From positions 370,593 to 379,824 of the forward strand of contig RQSC01000011.1 of the NCBI GenBank assembly GCA_013416795.1: a stretch of DNA of 9,232 nucleotides, read 5' to 3'. Both the position numbers and the translations under genes were made by a program. The stretch comes from Prasinococcaceae sp. CCMP 1430. Lineage: Eukaryota > Plantae > Prasinodermophyta. Positions within the stretch are counted from its first letter, which is position 1. Each line of letters opens with the position of its first letter. This document shows positions 1-6,514 of the stretch, piece after piece. The notes under the pieces were generated by a model. That model was not told the DNA's origin. It saw nothing but the letters and a program-made list of their open reading frames with translations, and made no database searches.

Positions 1-17
1 CGCGCGCGCGCGCGCGC
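1..17. repeat. (CG)n microsatellite
   Basis: CGCGCGCGCGCGCGCGC at the window start. Similar runs near 3380, 3615, 3660 and 9190 in intergenic DNA. Confidence 0.8.
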
Positions 18-392
18 ACCGCCCGTCGCCCTCCTCGCCCACCATCATTTGTGTGCGATGATGGCGCCGGCGCGCGCCGGGCCGGCCGCAGATTTGGTGC
101 AGGGGGCGCGGCGCGGGGCGGACGCTACGCACGCGCCGCGGGGCGCCCCACGAACGGAGCGCTGATTGATTTGATTCTCCTAGGCAACGCCTGCAGTCAG
201 CGCGGCCGCGAAAGGGCGGAAGCGGCTGCGCGCGCCGCCGGAAATATCGCCGACCGACTGCGGTTTTACGAGCCGGTGCGGGAGAATAGCAGAGTGGAGG
301 CGATTCGAGTGTGATGTGTTGTCCGCGCCAGTGCGCGCTCGAGTGAGGCGTGGGTGTCGACCGCCTTTCGGCAGCGTCCCCCCCCCCCACGT

Positions 393-740
393 TCACTTGG
401 GCGTGCACGCGTTCTTCTTGAATGTGCAGAGCTTCTTGGCGTCGCCCTGCTTGCACTCCTTCTTGTTCCACCGCCGGAACGTGTCGAAGGACTGCCGGAA
501 AAACCTCTCGAGCCTGAGCAGCCACTTCTTCGACTTGTTCTTCTTGTTCTTCTTCTTGCTCTTTGTCTTGTCCTTGCCGGTGGGCGACGACGCGTCTGGC
601 AGAGTGATGTCGAGGGCTGGCGCTGTTGCGTCGTCGAACAGGCCCTCCGCATCTTCGGCGGACTGGGCGGACGTCGAGGACTCGCCCGGGAGCTTGCGCG
701 GGCCGTGCAGGCAGACCGGCACCAGCAGTGCTGGGGTCGT
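393..740 (-). CDS. Probable C-terminal extension of the FG-GAP/RCC1 gene (acidic/Ser linker, Lys-rich tract, 3-Cys C-terminus)
   Basis: Same frame as 741-2858, separated only by TAG at 743-741. Coding-like codon use (AAG AAC AAG AAG...). Ends KKECKQGDAKKLCTFKKNACTPK*. No ATG of its own; the ORF track starts it at GTG 722. Confidence 0.6.
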   Translation of the reverse strand, partial: TTPALLVPVCLHGPRKLPGESSTSAQSAEDAEGLFDDATAPALDITLPDASSPTGKDKTKSKKKNKKNKSKKWLLRLERFFRQSFDTFRRWNKKECKQGDAKKLCTFKKNACTPK

Positions 741-2858
741 CTAGAAGCGCGGCAGGAGGGCCCGCTGCGGCGTGCACACTCGGCGAGGCCGCGAGTGCCT
801 CGCCCACGCGCCCGCGCCGCTCGGCACGTCCGTCTGGCCGTCGGCGTCGCGCCCCCAGCAATGCATCGCGCCGTCGTCCCAGGCGACGCCGCACGTGTGC
901 CAGTCCCCTGCGCTCACCGAGGACCACGCGCCCACGCCGCTCGGCGCGTCCGCCTGGCCGTAGTCGTTGGATCCCCAGCAGTGAATCGCGCCGTCGGCCT
1001 GCGCGACGCCGCAGGTGTGGTAGTATCCGGCGCTCACCGAGGACCACGCGCCCACCTCGCTCGGGACGTCCGCCTGGCCGTAGGAGCTCCGTCCCCAGCA
1101 GTGCAGCGCACCGTCGGCCAGCGCGACGCCGCACGTGTGGAAGGTTCCGGCGCTCACGGAGGACCACGCGCTCACAGTGCTGGGCACGTCCGCTTGGCCG
1201 AAGAGGTTCCACCCCCAGCAGTGGAGCGCGCCGTCGGCCCGCGCGACGCCGCACGTGTGGGAGAGTCCGGCGCTCACGGAGGACCAGGCGTTGTCGCGCC
1301 CCGCATCGTGCGGCACGTGCACGTAGCCGTCGTGGCCCCAGCAGCGCAGCTCGCCGTCGGCGTGTGCGAGGCCGCAAGTGTGCGAGCGCCCGGCGCTCAC
1401 GGAGGGCGGTGTGGCGTTCGCAGCGAGAGGCGGCGGAGATTGGGGAGTAGGCGGCGGAGACTGGGGGGTGGGCGACGGGCTCGGAGGCGGGCTCGAAGGA
1501 AGGCTCGGCGGAGGCGCGCTCGGAGGAAGGATCGGAGGGGGCGAGCTCGGAGGAAGAATGGGAGGGGGCGAGCTCGGAGGAGGCGAAGAAGGAGAAGCAA
1601 GCTCAAACACGTACGCGCTGCCGCTGTCGTCACCGCTGTCGTTGTCGTCCGCATAAGCGCCCACCAGCGCGTAGTCGCCCGAGAGCGCCACGCTGCCGCC
1701 GAAGTTGTCATCATACGCGCCGTCGCTGGCCACCAGCTTGGCCTGCTCAGACCACGACGTCCCCGAGCGAAAGAACACGTACGCGCTGCCGCTGTCCGAG
1801 GCGCAGTCGTCGCTCCAGAAAGCGCCCACCAGCGCGTAGTCGCCCGAGAGCGCCACGCTGACGCCGAAGTTGTCACCCGCGGCGCCGTCGCTGGCCACCA
1901 GCTTGGCCTGCTGCGACCACGACGTCCCATTGCGCACGAACACGTACGCGCTGCCGCTGTCGGTGCCCTTGTCGCCGTCCCAGGAAGCGCCCACCAGCGC
2001 ATAGTCGCCCGAGAGCGCCACGCTGACGCCGAAGGTGTCAGAGTCCGTGCCGTCAACGGGCATCAGCTTGGCCTGCTCCGACCATGACCCCCCCGAGCGA
2101 AAGAACACGTACGCGCTGCCGCTGTCCGAGCCGCTGTCGTTGTCATCTGAAGGAGCGCCCACCAGCGCGTAGTCGCCCGAGAGCGCCACGCTGCCGCCGA
2201 AGAGGTCGCCCGCCGCGCCGTCGCTGGCCACCAGCTTGGCCTGCTGCCACCACGACGTCCCATTGCGCACGAACACGTACGCGCTGCCGCTGTCGGTGCT
2301 GCCGTCGTCGTCATAATCAGCGCCAACCAGCGCGTAGTCGCCCGAGAGCGCCACGCTGGTACCGAAGTTGTCTTCATACGCGCCGTCGCTGGCCAGCAGC
2401 TTGGCCTGCTGCGACCACGACGTCCCCGAGCGGAAAAACACGTACGCGCTGCCGCTCTTTGCGTCCATTGAGCCGCTCAAGTCGCCGCCATTAGGAGCGC
2501 CCACCAGCGCGTAGTCGCCCGAGAGCGCCACGCTGTTGCCGAAGAGGTCGCCTTCAAAGGCGTCGCCGGCCACCAGCTTGGCCTGCTGCGACCACGACGT
2601 CCCCGAGCGAAAGAACACGTACGCGCTGCCGCTCTTTGAGCCGTCGTCGTCGTCATAATCAGCGCCCACCAGCGCGTAGTCGCCCGAGAGGGCAACGGTG
2701 GTGCCGAAGAAGTCGTCCTCCGCGGCGTCGCCGGCCACCAGCTTGGACACTTGCACCGGGGCGGCACGCGTCATCCGCACCGCCATGGTCGCCAGCATCG
2801 CAGCCCATGCAAGCGGGACGGACGTTTTGGGGTGACGTTTTGGGGGGATCGACGACAT
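741..2858 (-). CDS. Secreted/cell-surface protein: signal peptide + 7x FG-GAP (bacterial FG-GAP_2-like) propeller + Pro/Ser linker + 5x RCC1/BLIP-II-like repeats
   Basis: 705-aa ORF. N-terminus is basic then hydrophobic (LAWAAMLATMAV..TRA/AP). Seven KLxAxD..FG.SVALSGDYALVGA..SGSAYVF repeats, an SSPPP linker, and five SVSAGxxHTCG..DGxxxCWG repeats. Strongly GC3-biased codons. The true C-terminus may extend to 393. Confidence 0.9.
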   Translation of the reverse strand: MSSIPPKRHPKTSVPLAWAAMLATMAVRMTRAAPVQVSKLVAGDAAEDDFFGTTVALSGDYALVGADYDDDDGSKSGSAYVFFRSGTSWSQQAKLVAGDAFEGDLFGNSVALSGDYALVGAPNGGDLSGSMDAKSGSAYVFFRSGTSWSQQAKLLASDGAYEDNFGTSVALSGDYALVGADYDDDGSTDSGSAYVFVRNGTSWWQQAKLVASDGAAGDLFGGSVALSGDYALVGAPSDDNDSGSDSGSAYVFFRSGGSWSEQAKLMPVDGTDSDTFGVSVALSGDYALVGASWDGDKGTDSGSAYVFVRNGTSWSQQAKLVASDGAAGDNFGVSVALSGDYALVGAFWSDDCASDSGSAYVFFRSGTSWSEQAKLVASDGAYDDNFGGSVALSGDYALVGAYADDNDSGDDSGSAYVFELASPSSPPPSSPPPILPPSSPPPILPPSAPPPSLPSSPPPSPSPTPQSPPPTPQSPPPLAANATPPSVSAGRSHTCGLAHADGELRCWGHDGYVHVPHDAGRDNAWSSVSAGLSHTCGVARADGALHCWGWNLFGQADVPSTVSAWSSVSAGTFHTCGVALADGALHCWGRSSYGQADVPSEVGAWSSVSAGYYHTCGVAQADGAIHCWGSNDYGQADAPSGVGAWSSVSAGDWHTCGVAWDDGAMHCWGRDADGQTDVPSGAGAWARHSRPRRVCTPQRALLPRF
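804..1403 (-). repeat. Intragenic tandem repeat, 5 units of 120-123 nt (RCC1-like blades)
   Basis: Anchor GCGCTCAC at 910, 1030, 1150, 1270, 1393. Confidence 0.95.
1602..2744 (-). repeat. Intragenic tandem repeat, 7 units of 165-177 nt (FG-GAP blades)
   Basis: Identical 18-mer CACGTACGCGCTGCCGCT at 1608, 1776, 1941, 2106, 2274, 2439, 2616 (spacings 168, 165, 165, 168, 165, 177). Confidence 0.95.
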
Positions 2859-2990
2859 CTTGTTTTGTTGTTGTTGTTGGTGGTGGTGGTGGTGGTGGTG
2901 TTGGTGTTGGTAGTGGTGGGTGGGTGGGTGGGCTGTTGTTGTTGTTGTCGGGGGGTTGGGTGGGATGGGTCTGTTGTTGGTGGGGTGGCT
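2859..2990. repeat. Compound (TTG)n/(TGG)n/(TGGG)n low-complexity tract; a CAA/CCA-rich leader directly 5' of the FG-GAP gene ATG
   Basis: Almost exclusively T/G on +. On - it reads ...AACAACAACAAAACAAG-ATG. Confidence 0.85.
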
Positions 2991-3989
2991 GCTGATTGAA
3001 GGGGGGCGTCGAGCGTCAGCGGTCGCTCACGCGCAACATCGCGTGCGGGGAGCGCGCGCATGCCGCGGGCGGGGATGCTCACGCGCAGCGACGAGGCGAG
3101 GCGCCGCCACAGCGGGAACGAACCCAAAATGCGACCACCAGCACGACGGCGCGTCCGACGAGGAGGCACGGTGCGGTGCGCCTGCGTGCTGGGAGCGCAC
3201 GCGCATCGCGGGCGAGCAGAGGCCGAGCGGGCGAGCAAAGGCCGCGCAGGCGCCCCGCGCGGACGCGTCCCGCCCTCCTCCCGACGGTGTGACATCCCCC
3301 TCCCCGCGCGCGCAGTCGCTTGTGCTGCGAGGGTCGCGGCGTGGGCGACACCGCCGTCGGCCCGTGGACGCCGTCGCGTGCGCGCGCGCGCACGACATAC
3401 CTCCCCGCCGGCAATTCAAGAGGCGGCGCCGACGCCGCTCGAGGGCAGAGTGGCGCCGGGGAGGGGCGGGGGGAGCGCGCGCATGCCATGCGTAACTTCT
3501 TTTCGGTGCGCGCGCGCTCCCGGAAGACGAGATCAAAGCACACCCCAAGCACCGCGGCAGAGCAAGGTTTTCGGCCGGCTGCTCCGCGCGTTCGCCCGCG
3601 CCGGCCAGCCACGGCGCGCGCGCGCGCGCTACGGCGCCCACCCCAACTAACCGAGTGCTGCGCGCGCGCGCCGGCTGGCGGTTGGTCGGTTCAAAGCTTT
3701 GGTCGGTTGTTTGGTGTGATTTGAATGAATGGCTGGCGCGAGCAACGTCGTTGGCGTTTGTTGTACCCGTTGCAGGGTCCCTGGCTCGGGCCAGCGCAGG
3801 CTGATGCAGCGGGAGAAGAAGAGTGCACCTATTGGGGGCGCTTTGGCAGCATGCATTCGTTTTGACCTGGGCTGGAGGGCGAGGGGGGGCGACTCCAACT
3901 TGTACATGAAAATGCATTAGGACAGCGAACGGCGTCGAGCGCCGTTCGCGCCGCATCTACGAGGGCCGTGGTGCCGATGCTGGTGGCCG

Positions 3990-4322
3990 TCACACGCGCT
4001 GGGCAGGAGTAGAGGGAGTCGTCTCGACGGTGTGCTCGCTCTCCCTCGGCCTCCTGCTGCGCAGCCGCAGGAAGAGGGCGGCAGCCACCACGGCGGCGGC
4101 GGCGACGCTGGCGGCGACGATGCCGCCGGCGCTGTGAGGCACAGGAGTCCTCGGAGGCGGGCTCTCGGGAGGAGGAGGGGGTGGTGGAGGTGGGCTCGGG
4201 CTCGGAGGGCTCGGCGGAGGCGGGCTCGGAGGAGGCGGGCTCGGAGGAGACGGTGGAGGGGGTGGAGGGGGCAGGCTCGGAGGACACAGGCTCGGAGGAG
4301 GTGGTGGTGGAGGAGCAGGGCT
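3990..4322 (-). CDS. Extensin-like Ser-Pro(n) stalk + single TM helix + basic tail; probable 3' exon or fragment of a type-I membrane glycoprotein
   Basis: SPAPPPPPPPS..SPPPPSPPPPSPPSPSPPPP..GGIVAASVAAAAVVAAALFL-RLRSRRPR. Preceded on - by a pyrimidine tract and CAG (TTTTTGTCCATTTCTTCCCCAG, ending 4323), phase 0 with this frame. No signal peptide or upstream exon recognised. Confidence 0.65.
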   Translation of the reverse strand, partial: SPAPPPPPPPSLCPPSLPPPPPPPSPPSPPPPSPPPPSPPSPSPPPPPPPPPESPPPRTPVPHSAGGIVAASVAAAAVVAAALFLRLRSRRPRESEHTVETTPSTPAQRV

Positions 4323-4728
4323 CTGGGGAAGAAATGGACAAAAAGGAGGTCGACGGGCGCAAAAGAGGTGCGTGAAAACGCTGCCCGTGGTCATACACCC
4401 GCGGGGGTCACGTCTGCGCGCCACTGCGCGCGCCTCACGTGCAAAAAACCAACGACAAAAATGCAGCACGTGCCCTGCAGACACCGCGTGCCGACACGCC
4501 AATCAATGTCCGTGCACACATAGGTCAAAATCAATCAAAATGGGGAAAAAACGTCACACAGTCATAACTCTGCCCTCAGGCGTGCATTTCGACATCTGAA
4601 GAGTGCTACGGGATCGTAAGGATCAGCCGCAACCTCTGCAGGCTCAACCCGGGCGCACAAACGCCTGCAACGCGCTCGTCATAGAACCACCGAGACGAAA
4701 CCAGAAGCCTGAAAAACCCTACCCTGAA

Positions 4729-4851
4729 TTCAGGGTTCAGGGTTCAGGGTTCAGGGTTCAGGGTTCAGGGTTCAGGGTTTAGGGTTTAGGGTTTAGGGTT
4801 TAGGGTTTAGGGTTTAGGGTTTAGGGTTTAGGGTTTAGGGTTTAGGGTTAG
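4729..4851 (+). repeat. Interstitial telomeric tract (TTCAGGG)7(TTTAGGG)10TTAG
   Basis: Counted directly: variant units 4729-4777, canonical Arabidopsis-type units 4778-4847, partial unit 4848-4851. Confidence 0.97.
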
Positions 4852-5012
4852 CGCGCGCTCGCACGCAGCCCCCTCGGGCGGCGCGCCCTGGCCGCGCGCT
4901 CGAGCGCGGGCCTGGCGCCCCCCTAGCACCCCTCGCCGCCCCCTCCCTCCTCCGGGGGGCTGCGCCTCCGTCGCCCGAGGCTCGCGGCCAATTTCTTAAT
5001 CTGATATCTTCA

Positions 5013-5040
5013 CATTAGCCTGGTCCTGAACACGATGCCA
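5013..5040 (-). repeat. Terminal B copy plus CATTA core
   Basis: CATTAGCCTGGTCCTGAACACGATGCCA matches 5324-5351 and 5798-5825 with one mismatch (5024). Confidence 0.9.
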
Positions 5041-5173
5041 TAAAATGAAGTCTTTACGGTATAAACGTCTCTAAAACTTAGCGACTGGCGGCCCCTACCG
5101 CCAATCGTTTCTCCCGTAAACCCTGAATGCTTGGCTCCCCAGATCCAAACACAGTAATGGGAGGGAGGGTGGG

Positions 5174-5357
5174 TGTGCTGTGCCGCGCGCGACGCGTAGC
5201 GAGCGCACGGTGCAGCAACAACGCAGAGTGGCACTCCTGGCTGATCGGCCCCCTAGGGTTAGGATTTCCCTCGGGGAACCGCCGCCAGAAACTAACAACA
5301 CACAACCCAATATCCAAAAGGGGCATTAGCCTGGACCTGAACACGATGCCAATGTCG
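5174..5357 (-). repeat. Left B+A junction copy (A is 30 nt shorter)
   Basis: 184-nt direct repeat of 5648-5831. Confidence 0.95.
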
Positions 5358-5377
5358 CGTCGATCAGTCGGCTGCTG

Positions 5378-5618
5378 TGCTCTGAAGCAATCCTCCGCGC
5401 CAAGCACTCCCACTTCCAGATAAAGTGCCGCCGAGATCGCCGTGAGCAGGGCGCGCGCCTCTTCGGTCTTCTGAGTGGCGAGAGCCTGTTGATAGGCGGG
5501 TGAAGTGAGCGCGAGCTCGTGGGTTGCTAGCAACCCCGGCTCGTTACGTTGACCCGCCCCCCCGCGAGGGTGATGCCGGCCAAAATGAGGCGCCGCACTA
5601 ACGTACGACGCTAGGTCA
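5378..5618 (-). pseudogene. Second copy of part of the ORF1 fragment
   Basis: 241-nt duplicate of 6109-6349 (offset 731). The only difference seen is synonymous (5480 G vs 6211 A; CTC/CTT Leu). Confidence 0.8.
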
Positions 5619-5831
5619 CTCCCTACGCCCTACGTGGCGTGACGCGTTGTGCTGTGCCGCGCGCGACGCGTAGCGAGCGCACGGTGCAGCAACAACGCAG
5701 AGTGGCACTCCTGGCTGATCGGCCCCCTAGGGTTAGGATTTCCCTCGGGGAACCGCCGCCAGAAACTAACAACACACAACCCAATATCCAAAAGGGGCAT
5801 TAGCCTGGACCTGAACACGATGCCAATGTCG
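5618..5831 (-). repeat. Middle B+A junction copy
   Basis: 5618-5802 matches 6515-6699; 5648-5831 matches 5174-5357 (offset 474). Confidence 0.95.
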
Positions 5832-5861
5832 AAGTACAGCGTGTGCTCGCGCGCGGGTGCC

Positions 5862-5933
5862 AAGCAGACCGATGTGCATGGCCATCTCCTCGGGGGTCCA
5901 AAAGCCCCTCGCCTCCAGCTGCTGGGATAGCAT
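5862..5933 (-). pseudogene. RNase H fragment, in a different frame from the RT fragment
   Basis: LEARGFWTPEEMAMHIGLL resembles the DIRS RNase H segment arG.W...e...HIn.lE; it breaks off just before the catalytic Glu. Confidence 0.7.
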
Positions 5934-6076
5934 GTCTGGTCCTCGAAGGTGAAAGCGAAATATCGTTGGTCGCTCTCGTGAATCCGAAAATGATAATAAC
6001 CGTCCGATAGATCTAGGCTGCTTGCCCAATCCCCTTCCTGCGCAATCGCGCGGACGTCCTCGAGGGGTTCGACCTC
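5933..6076 (-). pseudogene. Reverse transcriptase fragment (first catalytic-Asp region)
   Basis: EPLEDVRAIAQEGDWASSLDLSDGYYHFRIHESDQRYFAFTFEDQ fits the DIRS-type RT pattern E.L..v......GDw..slDLkDaYyh..Ih......f.F. Confidence 0.85.
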
Positions 6077-6108
6077 GGCCGACCCCTGCCCAACCCACGG
6101 TGGGAACC

Positions 6109-6504
6109 TGCTCTGAAGCAATCCTCCGCGCCAAGCACTCCCACTTCCAGATAAAGTGCCGCCGAGATCGCCGTGAGCAGGGCGCGCGCCTCTTCGGTCT
6201 TCTGAGTGGCAAGAGCCTGTTGATAGGCGGGTGAAGTGAGCGCGAGCTCGTGGGTTGCTAGCAACCCCGGCTCGTTACGTTGACCCGCCCCCCCGCGAGG
6301 GTGATGCCGGCCAAAATGAGGCGCCGCACTAACGTACGACGCTAGGTCAAGAAAGCGAGCCTCTGCCGCCTCTTCTGTGCCCTCCTCCACACGCGGCGCG
6401 CGCAAGCGCGGGGGCGTGTGAGTTGGGGCCCCTGCAGGTGTTCCGTTGGCCCCGCCTTCCTGGTGCTCTGCCAGAAGCGCAGCAAGCCTTTCCACTAGAG
6501 ACAT
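6109..6504 (-). pseudogene. ORF1 (gag-like position) N-terminal fragment of the retroelement
   Basis: ATG 11 nt after repeat A (MSLVERLAALLAEHQ...), open for about 130 codons until a deletion junction near 6109. Assigned by position only; no gag motif recognised. Confidence 0.55.
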
Positions 6505-6514
6505 TTAAACCTGG

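Noticed and set aside
354-2494. Long + strand ORFs (354-2087, 626-1450, 2084-2494) and alternative - frames
   Set aside because: Arg/Ala-rich shadows of the GC3-biased FG-GAP/RCC1 gene.
2920-3956. Multiple overlapping ORFs on both strands
   Set aside because: Low-complexity Arg/Ala/Gly translations with (CG)n runs, expected by chance at this GC content; treated as intergenic/UTR.
3829-4398. SSEP-repeat ORF (189 aa) and + strand Glu/Gly ORFs
   Set aside because: Alternative frames of the Ser-Pro repeat; only the Pro frame leads into a TM helix with a basic stop-transfer.
4596-4701. Hammerhead-like words CTGAAGAG (4596) and CGAAAC (4696) next to the telomere
   Set aside because: Stem II would have only 2 bp, and no NUH site with compatible stems I/III could be built by eye.
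4729-4851. Telomere-telomere fusion
   Set aside because: No CCCTAAA array follows the G-rich tract.
6092-6108. FPPW as a DIRS DNA-adenine methyltransferase motif
   Set aside because: Four residues directly at a deletion junction and upstream of RT, which is the wrong order; insufficient support.
804-6121. Diversity-generating retroelement (RT near a variable repeat protein)
   Set aside because: The RT is a short DIRS-like fragment without YxDD, and there is no template/variable repeat pair differing only at adenines.
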